Counted from the first letter of the stretch, positions 1-8,488 are shown. The stretch: DNA of 64,000 nt from a bacterium (GCA_965200245.1 CBDATS010000005.1:480001-544000), one strand, 5' to 3'. The notes: generated by a model not told the origin, from the letters alone. Translations and numbers: made by a program.

Positions 1-1
1 G

Positions 2-472
2 ATGCGGTCTAACTTCTTTCGCCTGAACGAGACCCAGCAGCTTCCCATCGAACTCGACGCCGCCTGGGAATTTTTCTCAAACCCACAGAATCTAAAAGAA
101 ATTACACCGCCCGAACTCCATCTGGTCGTTGAGAACGAATTGCCGTTGAGAATGCATCCGGGAACGCTCATCTGCTACCGTGTGAAACCCTTACTGGGAA
201 TTCCGGTCCACTGGGTAACCGAGATCACGCATATGGAGAAGTGTCGTTTTTTTGTGGACGAACAGCGATTCGGCCCCTATCGATTCTGGCACCACCAGCA
301 CCATTTTGCCCAAATCGAAGGAGGCGTCGAGATGCGCGATATCATCCACTACAAGTTGCCTTTGGGCCCCTTGTCGTTCCTGTTTGACAGCTTCGTGGTG
401 AGCAGGCAACTGCGACGCATCTTCTCATACCGCAAAGAGGCTCTCGCGCAGCGTTTCGGACGGATGAATTGA
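2..472 (+). CDS. SRPBCC/START-fold ligand-binding protein
   Basis: Motifs AWEFFSNPQNL..ITPP and WVTEI...FVDEQRFGPY.FWHHQHHF are typical of this SRPBCC subfamily. The start is at the window edge and cannot be verified. Confidence 0.8.
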   Translation: MRSNFFRLNETQQLPIELDAAWEFFSNPQNLKEITPPELHLVVENELPLRMHPGTLICYRVKPLLGIPVHWVTEITHMEKCRFFVDEQRFGPYRFWHHQHHFAQIEGGVEMRDIIHYKLPLGPLSFLFDSFVVSRQLRRIFSYRKEALAQRFGRMN

Positions 473-511
473 ATTTGCTTCATTGGGACTTAAAATACCT
501 GGCTATAAATA

Positions 512-557
512 CCACTATATGTGGCGCTTGTCAGGAATGACTATCGTCATATAGTGT
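512..557. promoter_or_regulatory. possible tandem NrdR-box-like operator
   Basis: ccaCtAtATgTgGcgc (512-527) and tatCgtcATaTaGtgt (542-557) partially match acaCwAtATaTwGtgt, 30 bp apart, in an AT-rich intergenic region. Confidence 0.25.
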
Positions 558-706
558 GGAATTATAGTTGAAAATATAATTTCTGCTTCATTTTACGGCA
601 AGATGATGTACCTGACAGCAACGAATACCCGAGCGGTTTCAATTGATCCGAGCCTTTCGGGAGACGGAAAAACCTACCTTGTCACGCAGCAACCCGGAGA
701 TCCGAA

Positions 707-1561
707 ATGAAAATTATGCTCGCAACTATCCTCTCGCTTTTCATAGCTGCCACAGCTTCTGCGCAGGTAATCACAAAGCCCGTCGCGCAGAAGTTGGAAA
801 AGGAAAAATCCACCAACCCGGTTCTTTTGATGAAGACCAACTTCGGAGACGTCTACATCGAGTTGTTCCCCGAAGAAGCGCCCAAGACCGTGGCGAACTT
901 CATGGGTCTCGCGACGGGCGAACGCGCCTTCGTCGACCACAAGACCCAAAAAAAGGTGAAACGACCGTTTTACGACGGCCTCAAGTTTCACCGCGTAATC
1001 AAAGAGTTCATGATCCAGGGAGGAGACCCAAAAGGAAACGGAACCGGGGGACCCGGTTACAACTTCGAGGACGAGATCAACGCAGACGCTCTGGGTTTGC
1101 ACAAAATGAAGGCCATCAAGGACGGCCGTCCCCATTCCTTTTTGCCCATAAGAAACCAGAACGATTTCCAGCGCACAATTGTACAACCCCTCTTCCGGAA
1201 AATGGGCATCCGCTCGCAGGCAGGCCTCGACAAACGTATGGAAGAGGCAAAAACGCGCCTCTCCAATCTCACGCTCAAGGACGCGTACGAGAATATAGGC
1301 TATAGCTTCAACGCGAAGCTCAAATCACGTCCACCCTTAAAAGGCGTCCTAGCCATGGCGAACTCGGGTCCCAATACGAACGGCTCACAGTTCTTCATCA
1401 ACCTGATTGATACACCATGGCTCACCGGCAAACACACGGTCTTTGGAAAAGTGGTCAAGGGAATGGAAGTAGTGGAGAAAATCGGAGAAACGCCAGTGGG
1501 AACGGGAAGTATGCCTGAAAAGGAGGTGCAAATCATCTCGATCAGGGTTCACATGCCCTGA
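707..1561 (+). CDS. exported cyclophilin-type peptidyl-prolyl cis-trans isomerase with internal insertion
   Basis: APKTVANF, FYDGLKFHRVIKEFMIQGGDP, GVLAMANSGPNTNGSQFFI and WLTGKHTVFGKV motifs; signal peptide ending ASA-Q; GGAG RBS. Confidence 0.93.
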   Translation: MKIMLATILSLFIAATASAQVITKPVAQKLEKEKSTNPVLLMKTNFGDVYIELFPEEAPKTVANFMGLATGERAFVDHKTQKKVKRPFYDGLKFHRVIKEFMIQGGDPKGNGTGGPGYNFEDEINADALGLHKMKAIKDGRPHSFLPIRNQNDFQRTIVQPLFRKMGIRSQAGLDKRMEEAKTRLSNLTLKDAYENIGYSFNAKLKSRPPLKGVLAMANSGPNTNGSQFFINLIDTPWLTGKHTVFGKVVKGMEVVEKIGETPVGTGSMPEKEVQIISIRVHMP

Positions 1562-1607
1562 TTCTCTTGCAAGGCAGCCTGAGTTAACGCAACGATCGCA
1601 CGCAAAA

Positions 1608-2216
1608 CTACATTTCCCTGCGGCCTTCAAGTGAGCGGATGAGCGTCATCTCGTCCGCGTATTCGAGATGGCTGCCCATGGGAAGACCATGCGCCAACTG
1701 CGTGACACGCACACCGAGCGGTTTGAGCACCTGGGCGAGATAAAGAGTAGTTCCCTCGCCCGCCATATTGGGGTTAAGGGCGAGAATCACTTCCTTCACA
1801 TTCCCGCCCTTTACGCGCTCAACGAGTCTGGCAATGGTAAGGTCTTCAGGCTCCACTCCGTCCAAAGGGGATATGACACCCATCAGCACGTGGTAGCGAC
1901 CCTTCACGCCTCCTGCGCGTTCCACGGCGAACACGTCTGCGGGTTCTTCCACCACACAGATGACGCTTGGGTCACGCGCACAGCAAACAGAGCAGGCATC
2001 CCCGCCAGCTTCGCCCTCCACAAGCATCGAACACGTGTCGCACAGGCCTACTTTTTTATGAAGCGCCTCGCATGAGGCAGCGATTTTGCCGGCTGCTTCG
2101 GGGTCTTTGCCCAGAAGATGGAAGACGATCCGCTGCGCGCTCTTTGGCCCCACGCCCGGAAGGCGGCGAAATGCCTCGATGCATTCTTCTATGGCGGGAA
2201 ACTGGTTCAACTGCAT
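1608..2216 (-). CDS. recR: recombination mediator RecR
   Basis: LPGVGPKSAQRI helix-hairpin-helix, CDTC...CSVC zinc finger, ICVVEEP..YHVLMGVISPLDG, LAHGLPMG.LEYADE; dnaX-ybaB-recR synteny. Probable start ATG 2216. Confidence 0.96.
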   Translation of the reverse strand: MQLNQFPAIEECIEAFRRLPGVGPKSAQRIVFHLLGKDPEAAGKIAASCEALHKKVGLCDTCSMLVEGEAGGDACSVCCARDPSVICVVEEPADVFAVERAGGVKGRYHVLMGVISPLDGVEPEDLTIARLVERVKGGNVKEVILALNPNMAGEGTTLYLAQVLKPLGVRVTQLAHGLPMGSHLEYADEMTLIRSLEGRREM

Positions 2217-2314
2217 GGCTTGACCTGAACAATTCCATAAAAACCGATAAATTTGCGAAGTTCGTGCGTAAACTAACGAATGTGAAAAGCGCGACACAGA
2301 GGCCGCGCATCGGC

Positions 2315-2632
2315 TCAGAACAGACCCGGAATGGGCAGTCCGCCTGTGAGCTTTTTCATCTCCTCAGACATCATGTCCTTTCCTTTTCGGGACGCTTCGT
2401 TGCAAGCGGCGCGCACCAGATCCTCAAGCATTTCCACGTCGTCGGGATCGACTACCTGCGGTTCTATCTTCACCGACACCACCTCACCCGCTCCGTTGGC
2501 GACCACGTTCACCATGCCACCGCCCGCGGACGCCTCTACCGTCTTTGCCGCCATCTCCTCCTGCAGCTTGGCCATCTTGTCCTGGAGTTGGCGAGCCTGC
2601 TTCATCAAACCGCCGATTCCGCCTTTCAACAT
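2315..2632 (-). CDS. ybaB: YbaB/EbfC nucleoid-associated protein
   Basis: LMKQA..LQ..M..LQEE, VEASAGGGMV, DDVEMLEDLV.AA.NEA; lies between dnaX and recR. Confidence 0.95.
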   Translation of the reverse strand: MLKGGIGGLMKQARQLQDKMAKLQEEMAAKTVEASAGGGMVNVVANGAGEVVSVKIEPQVVDPDDVEMLEDLVRAACNEASRKGKDMMSEEMKKLTGGLPIPGLF

Positions 2633-2662
2633 GAGACTCTCCCTGTGTGTACCTCAATCAAT

Positions 2663-4393
2663 CTAGGCGAATGAATTTTTACCTGATTTTCGCACCCGCC
2701 CCTGACGAGTGTCTAGTATCATCTTTCCATTGAATAAATCCACGACTTCCTGGATTACCGTCTCTTCATTCTCATCGGATTTCCTGGCCCGATTGTCAGT
2801 CGCCTCCCTGTCTTCTCCATCGCCAGCCTGGGAAGAAGTGCCGTTCTCCACCTCTGCTATCTCAATCTTCGCTGTCCAGGGGGAATTATCCCTGAAATAC
2901 GCCTCAAGTTCGGGAAGCATTTCCTGTGCCATATCCTGGCATTGGGGCGTCCTGTTCTCCCGAGCGAGAGTCACGCGAACGAGTTCCTGTGTTTCCAGAT
3001 CGAGTTCCACTCCAGAAAAAAGCGGACGTCTCATCGGGCGCAAGGCTTCTACCGCTCCAGTCCATACACGGCGCGCATCGACGGCGTTCCATTTCTGCAC
3101 TTTGGTCTGTGGAATGGGAGAAATACCCGAGGGGGTTTCGACCGAAGGAGAAGCAGGAGTGCTCGTTTCCCGAGGAGCCTGCGGCTGTGATCTGGCACCG
3201 GTTTCCGACCTCGACACAGAGGCACGCGTGGTATTTGTCGACGCTCCCCTGCCCATGGATTCAAGTTTCTCCATCAAGGCACCCAAATCCGCTATCGGTT
3301 CGATCTGGCACATCCTCAGAATCGCCACTTCAAGCGTCATACGGGGATGATCCGAGGTTTTCAGTTCGAACTCCGCTCCCTGCAGAATGGAGTACGCCTG
3401 ATGTGCCTCGGCGAAACTCATCTTCGAAGCCACCTGCTTGCGTTCTTCAATCTCGGACGCCGCCACATCGAAGAGCGTCTCCTCATCACCAGAAGAGAGG
3501 AGTACCATGCAGTCGCGCAGATATTCGAGCAGGTTCGCACAGAAGAGTTTGAGATCATGGCCCGCGTCGAAGACGCCCTTGAGTTCGATGAGCGCCCTGT
3601 TCCCGTCGCGCGCGACCACCGCTTCGACCAAGGCCTTGTGAATGCTGCCCGAAGGGACCCCGAGCACTTTTTCAACTTCATTACTTGATACCGGATCTTC
3701 GGCCGCGAAGGCCAACACCTGATCGAGCAGGGATTGCGCATCGCGGATGCTGCCCTCCCCCATGCGCGCCAACAGTTTGACGGCCGCCTCGTCCATCTTC
3801 CTGCCCTGCGACTCGACGATTCTCGAGAGGTGAGAGGCGATAACCGAGGTCGTGACCCTCCGGAACTCGAAAACCTGACAGCGACTCAGAATTGTGTCGG
3901 GGACGTTTTTGATTTCTGTTGTGGCCAGAATGAAAACCACATGAGGCGGCGGTTCCTCAAGAGTCTTGAGTAGCGCGTTGAAGGAACTCTTCGACAGCAT
4001 GTGCACTTCATCGAATATCACCGTTTTGTAGCGGCCACGCGCGGGTTGGTAGCGTAAACTCTCGCGCAACTCACGTACATTGTCCACCCCTGTATAGGTG
4101 GCGGCGTCGATTTCCATAATATCGGGATGACTCCCCCCGGTGATCTCCTCGCATGATGCGCATTTGTTGCACGGCTCAGGCCGAGTTCCTTCACTCGATT
4201 CGCAATTGAGCGCCTTGGCGAGAATGCGCGCAGTGGTCGTTTTGCCGACCCCCCGCGTTCCGCTGAATAGATACGCGGATGCAACACGCCCTGAGGACAG
4301 GGCGTTTGAAAGCGTTCGCCGGATATGCTCCTGGCCGATGAGTTCCCCGAAACACTGCGGACGCCATTGCCTGGCACTGCCGATGAAAGCCAT
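2663..4393 (-). CDS. dnaX: DNA polymerase III subunit gamma/tau
   Basis: RQWRPQ.F.ELIGQEH, Walker A GTRGVGKT, DEVHMLS...FNALLKTLEEPP, SRC motif, GS.RDA. True start ATG 4393; the ORF-track extension to 4495 overlaps the SRP RNA. Confidence 0.96.
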   Translation of the reverse strand: MAFIGSARQWRPQCFGELIGQEHIRRTLSNALSSGRVASAYLFSGTRGVGKTTTARILAKALNCESSEGTRPEPCNKCASCEEITGGSHPDIMEIDAATYTGVDNVRELRESLRYQPARGRYKTVIFDEVHMLSKSSFNALLKTLEEPPPHVVFILATTEIKNVPDTILSRCQVFEFRRVTTSVIASHLSRIVESQGRKMDEAAVKLLARMGEGSIRDAQSLLDQVLAFAAEDPVSSNEVEKVLGVPSGSIHKALVEAVVARDGNRALIELKGVFDAGHDLKLFCANLLEYLRDCMVLLSSGDEETLFDVAASEIEERKQVASKMSFAEAHQAYSILQGAEFELKTSDHPRMTLEVAILRMCQIEPIADLGALMEKLESMGRGASTNTTRASVSRSETGARSQPQAPRETSTPASPSVETPSGISPIPQTKVQKWNAVDARRVWTGAVEALRPMRRPLFSGVELDLETQELVRVTLARENRTPQCQDMAQEMLPELEAYFRDNSPWTAKIEIAEVENGTSSQAGDGEDREATDNRARKSDENEETVIQEVVDLFNGKMILDTRQGRVRKSGKNSFA

Positions 4394-4450
4394 CAAGAAT
4401 CCATCCCAAGGCCTTACACCATAAAGGGCCCCATACCCAATATGCGAAGT

Positions 4451-4595
4451 ATAGAACATGCGATGAAGTCGACCGGTCAGGCACCCTCGTGGCACCCGGG
4501 AGTATCCACTGACCGCTGCTTCCTTCCGGACCTGACGGGGTTCGCAGGCTCCCGCCGCACGAGACCCGACCGGCCGAATTCATGGCAAGTTCCAC
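4451..4595 (-). ncRNA. ffs: signal recognition particle RNA (core about 4475-4571, stem extends to at least 4451-4595)
   Basis: Minus strand reads GAACCCCGTCAGGTCCGGAAGGAAGCAGCGG, the conserved helix 8 of bacterial SRP RNA, within a long complementary stem. Located upstream of dnaX, a common position. Confidence 0.95.
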
Positions 4596-4971
4596 CGGGA
4601 AATCTTACCCCGTCCCCAGGTCTTTGGGAAGCCGGAGCATCGGCAATTTGAGGATTGCGACTCGCAAGTAAGGCAACCATGCTAACATCATGGCCTTAGA
4701 AGTATCCCATTCAAAAGGCCTGCGAAACGATGCGCAAAGACAATATCAGCGACTGAGCCACTTCTGGGGCGAGGGCGCAAAAAACTGCAAGATATATGGC
4801 AGGAATAGTTTGCGGCCTTTTCCAAAAGCACCGGAATCATTTTCCCGCTTCTCTAGCATTTGCGAATCGCTAATTCACAGCAAATAAGGTTAGAATGAAC
4901 CTTTCAAACATTTGGTCGAGTGAAGCTCCGGTTCTTTGTTTTGCAACATTTCAGGAAAGGCCATCGGAAGC

Positions 4972-5835
4972 ATGTCGTTTTCCAAAGTCGTCGAACTCAA
5001 AGAGGGGAAGGTCTACGCCCTCCACAACACGTTTCCCCTGGACGGGCGTATTAGCGCATACCCCATCAGTGCGCGCGGTCACAGCGTATCGAACTGCTAT
5101 CTCCTGAAAGAAGATAACGGAGCCCTCCTGCTCGACACGGGCTACGCCGCCCATGAAGCCGAAATTCTGATGCAACTCGAATCCATCCTCGAACCGACCA
5201 CGCCCCTGATAATGCTTCCGCTTCGCATCAACGAATTCATGTCGGTCGGCAACGCCATGGCGATTGCCAAGCGCTTCAATGTGGTGGAATGCCTGGCTCC
5301 GGTGCCGGAGATCAATGATTGGCTGGAGTTCGAAGCGCTGGAACCAGGCGGCAGGAACAACGGCAACCCCGTTCTTTCCACCACGATACTGAAGCCGCTC
5401 CATCCTATCGAACTTGGTGACAGATACATTGAGGTGATGAACGCGCCGATTCGCCTCATCAGCACGCGGTGGATATACGATGCGGCCACGCGCACCCTGT
5501 TTTCTTCGGACATGTTCAGCCATCTCTGGGCGGAAAAAACGGAGGGCCCCTGGATACTGGATGAGGATGAGGTAACGACGACATCTTTCGTTCGCTCGTT
5601 CCTGCTGAACACACGCTACTGGTGGCTTGAGGGCGCGCGGACAGATTCCATACGAAAAGGTATCGCAGAAGTTTTCGAGCGCTACGATATAGAAACCATT
5701 GCCCCGGGCTACGGCGCCATCCTGCACGGGCGCCATCTTGTCGAACAGCAATTCGCCGTGCTGGACGAGGTTCTGGCGGATCTTGATCGGAGTATTGTCA
5801 AGCCGGGGTACGTTGCACTTGGCCTGGAGAGATAG
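4972..5835 (+). CDS. MBL-fold protein (flavodiiron/ODP-like) with degenerate metal ligands
   Basis: NCYLL...ALLLDTG, TLFSSDMF, IETIAPGYG. The HxExDH motif is replaced by LRINEFMS and the PxHG His by Tyr. Confidence 0.65.
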   Translation: MSFSKVVELKEGKVYALHNTFPLDGRISAYPISARGHSVSNCYLLKEDNGALLLDTGYAAHEAEILMQLESILEPTTPLIMLPLRINEFMSVGNAMAIAKRFNVVECLAPVPEINDWLEFEALEPGGRNNGNPVLSTTILKPLHPIELGDRYIEVMNAPIRLISTRWIYDAATRTLFSSDMFSHLWAEKTEGPWILDEDEVTTTSFVRSFLLNTRYWWLEGARTDSIRKGIAEVFERYDIETIAPGYGAILHGRHLVEQQFAVLDEVLADLDRSIVKPGYVALGLER

Positions 5836-5843
5836 GAGCGAGC

Positions 5844-6602
5844 ATGAACCCACTGCCCCGTGAAATCTCTCCGGGCGTCTTCTGGCTCGGTGACTGCCTT
5901 GTGCAGCACTCGCAAGGGAAAATCTATCACTCCTACAACGCGGCCTTCCTCGTCATCGGCACTGAGGCATCCATGCTTGTAGAGACGGGACATCCCAAGG
6001 ACTTTCCCATCATCGAGCATCAGATGAGAGATATTCTCTCCAAAGGAGGAGGCCCGCTCAAACACCTGTTCCTTACCCATCAGGAAACCCCCCACTCGGG
6101 CGGTCTAGGCCGCGTTCTCGACAGATACCCCGACCTTACCATCCATGGGGACATGTCCGACTACCATCTGGCGTTCCCCCAACACGAGAACCGTTTCCAA
6201 GAGATGCGCGTCGGGGAGACCATAGACTTGGGAGACTCCCAGTTCATGGCCGTGGAACCCATAATCAGGGACCTGAGAAGTTCTCTGTGGGGTTTTGAAA
6301 CAAAAGGACGCGTCCTGTTCCCCGGAGACGGCTTTGCCTACAGCCACTACCATACGGACGGGCATTGTGGGATGTTTGCCGAGGAGGCCACCTCTCTGGA
6401 TCTGGTCGACGTGCTGGGTGTGTTCGCGGAACGCGCCCTGTTCTGGACCACCTTTACCGATATGAACATATACGCCGACAAACTGGAAGAACTGATGGAA
6501 TATCTGGGTGTCGAAGTAGTCGCGCCGACACACGGCCTTCCCATACGAGACATTGCACGCACGATGCCCAAGGTAAGAGAAGGCCTGATCCGGGGCGACT
6601 GA
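5844..6602 (+). CDS. MBL-fold metalloprotein (flavodiiron/ODP-like)
   Basis: PREISPGVFWLG, YNAAFLV, LVETG, FLTHQETPHSGGL, VLFPGDGF, VAPTHG. Confidence 0.75.
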   Translation: MNPLPREISPGVFWLGDCLVQHSQGKIYHSYNAAFLVIGTEASMLVETGHPKDFPIIEHQMRDILSKGGGPLKHLFLTHQETPHSGGLGRVLDRYPDLTIHGDMSDYHLAFPQHENRFQEMRVGETIDLGDSQFMAVEPIIRDLRSSLWGFETKGRVLFPGDGFAYSHYHTDGHCGMFAEEATSLDLVDVLGVFAERALFWTTFTDMNIYADKLEELMEYLGVEVVAPTHGLPIRDIARTMPKVREGLIRGD

Positions 6603-6634
6603 ATTCAGTAGAAATTCCGACTAATCAAGCAGCC

Positions 6635-7033
6635 CTAGACATCCTCCACCAGTTCCCAGAGCGTACCCATTGTGCTCTTGGGCTTGATGAAGGCGATGAG
6701 GTGCCCGCCAAAACCGGGCCGCGACTTTTCATCTATCAATTCGAAGCCCTGCGCCTTCATCTCGGCAAGAACACCGTCGATATTCTTGACGTCGAAGGCG
6801 ACATGATGGAGACCCTCGCCTCGCTCTTCGATGAATCTGGCGAGAGGCGAGTCATCCCTGATGGGTGAGATGGGTTCGATGAGATCACCTCCCAGGTCCA
6901 GCATGGCCAGATCAGTTGCACCGTCGGCAGAAGTTTCCCGCGCGAGCAGTTTCGCGCCCATGCTCTTATAGAGAGTGATAGCGGCATCCATGTCTTTCAC
7001 CGCGACGCCTATGTGATGAAATTTGTTGAACAT
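6635..7033 (-). CDS. methylmalonyl-CoA epimerase-like VOC family protein
   Basis: HHIGVAVKD, IEPISP, RFIEERGEGLHHVAF, IAFIKPKSTMGTLWELVE. Confidence 0.8.
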   Translation of the reverse strand: MFNKFHHIGVAVKDMDAAITLYKSMGAKLLARETSADGATDLAMLDLGGDLIEPISPIRDDSPLARFIEERGEGLHHVAFDVKNIDGVLAEMKAQGFELIDEKSRPGFGGHLIAFIKPKSTMGTLWELVEDV

Positions 7034-7254
7034 TTTTGAATTCCTCCCGACTCGGCTCGGCGTCGGGACACTCCCATCGCCGCATCGGCCATTCGATGAT
7101 TTAATGACAATCTGTTTAGCAGGCTTGCTTGAATTCTACAATCAAACCTACCGATTCCAAACACTCGAAACTATACTTGGCGCAGCATATGTCGTATCCT
7201 GCGCGAATCGACGCCATAATCAGCTCTGCTTATCCATATATGAGGAGAACATCC

Positions 7255-7818
7255 ATGCAAGAAGACCCCATCGACGGACACTCCACCTCCATCGTGCCTG
7301 GTGAGCGCGTCATCGACAAGCCGGAACTTCCCCGTGGAGGGCTTTATACCGACAACACCGTCCACACCGAGATGTATGAAGGCTCCCTGCAGTTGAAACG
7401 CGGCACGGCGGGCGATTTCGAGATTTTCTGTGACGAGGGGGCGCACATTGGCGGCACGGCCCAATACCCCACGCCGATGGCCTATCTCGCCATGGCGACG
7501 GGATTCTGACTGCTTACCCAGGTGTCGCGGTACGCGCACATGATGAAAATGCAGATCAAGGGAGCGAGCGTCTCGGTGCGTTTCCGAAAGTTGCTTGGCG
7601 GCTCGGTGCTTAAAGGCACCGTGTTCAACAAGTGGGAGGCTGTGGACACACATCTTAAAATCGAATCAGACGAGCCGGCAGAGAGGCTCGCTCACCTGAT
7701 AAAGAATGCCAAGAATGGATGTTTCGCCGAGAGTTTGATCACCGAGCCGGTGCCACTTCACTCCACCGTGGAGGTGAACGGCGAACCCTTCCAGATAGAG
7801 GGCGTCACGGCGGATTAA
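7255..7818 (+). CDS. OsmC/Ohr-family selenoprotein (Sec at TGA 7507-7509)
   Basis: GAGGAG RBS then ATG 7255. Track ORFs 7129-7509 and 7522-7818 are in one frame, separated only by TGA. Read-through gives DEGAHIGG...PTPMAYLAMATGF-U-LLTQVSRYA...KNGCFAE, with U at the first OsmC catalytic Cys and the second Cys intact. Confidence 0.88.
7522..7539 (+). promoter_or_regulatory. candidate bacterial SECIS element (OsmC-like gene)
   Basis: GUG(U)CGCG-GUA-CGCG-CAC hairpin starting 13 nt after UGA, with a bulged U and a GU-containing apical loop at about +20 to +23. Geometry resembles the E. coli fdhF SECIS. Confidence 0.7.
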
Positions 7819-7840
7819 CCCCCAGAATGGAGTTATTTTG

Positions 7841-8299
7841 ATGGAATACTTCAACGCATCAGATGACATCGCTTTCGGCTCGCAACCCGAACCTGCGGAT
7901 TTGAAGACCCTCGCCGAAAACGGGGTCAAGACCATCATCAACACCCGCTTCCCCGAGGAAGACCAGGGCGACCTCCCGCCCGAGCGTGCCAAAGTCGAAG
8001 CAAAGAAGCTAGGGATGCGCTATGTGAACATCCCTGTTTCGCCGGTCGAGTTCAGTCCAGCCTCACTTGCCGAGGTGAACCGCGCGCTCACGGAAGCGAA
8101 GGCCCACGGGCCCGCGTTCGTACACTGAAAGGCAACGGGGCGGGCCGGGATTTGCTCGCTGAATCATCTGGCGGACGAGAACGACTGGACAGCGCAGGAG
8201 ATGGAGCAGGCGGCCGACGCCACCGGTTTCGACTGGCGCGACGCGCCGCTCGCGCCAAAGTACCGCGAGTTCTTCTCAAGGAGACCCCAAGGGGAGTAA
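7841..8299 (+). CDS. DUF442/TIGR01244-like rhodanese (PTP-fold sulfurtransferase) selenoprotein (Sec at TGA 8126-8128)
   Basis: GSQP...DL..LA..GVKTIINTR...E and GMRYVNIPV, then PAFVH-TGA-KATGRAG, with U at the C of the HCx4R loop. The frame stays open 56 more codons including AADATGFDW (DUF442-like C-terminus) to TAA 8297-8299; 152 aa total. Confidence 0.82.
8136..8158 (+). promoter_or_regulatory. candidate SECIS element (DUF442 gene)
   Basis: CGG(G)GCGGG-CCGGGA-UUUGCUCG can fold into a G-U-rich stem with a G-containing loop at about +17 to +22 from UGA. Weaker than the OsmC hairpin. Confidence 0.4.
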
Positions 8300-8488
8300 C
8301 TCTCGCATATCCTCGCATTTGCAGTCATGATCGCGCCTGTAAATTCGTGTCTCCTCACCTTGTTTCCGGCGAGGGGGAAATATGTACCTTCGAACAAAGC
8401 AAATATTGATACTACTTGCCTTGGATATTTGAGGGTTCTATAATCTCTTAACTTTCCAGACTTTCCGGGTGGCCGAGGAGGCGAGTAC

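Noticed and set aside
2663-4393. Programmed -1 frameshift in dnaX producing gamma
   Set aside because: No A-AAA-AAG heptamer or long A run seen in the coding strand.
4394-4495. N-terminal extensions given by the ORF track (dnaX to 4495; also 23491, 48388, 51560, 55483)
   Set aside because: They overlap the SRP RNA or neighbouring genes, or lack homology; starts at 4393, 23740, 48931, 51818 and 55744 fit the family N-termini, most with a clear RBS.
8152-8409. Track ORF 8152-8409 as the continuation of the DUF442 gene
   Set aside because: Wrong frame; the family-like continuation is in the same frame as 7841-8128, through the TGA to 8299.
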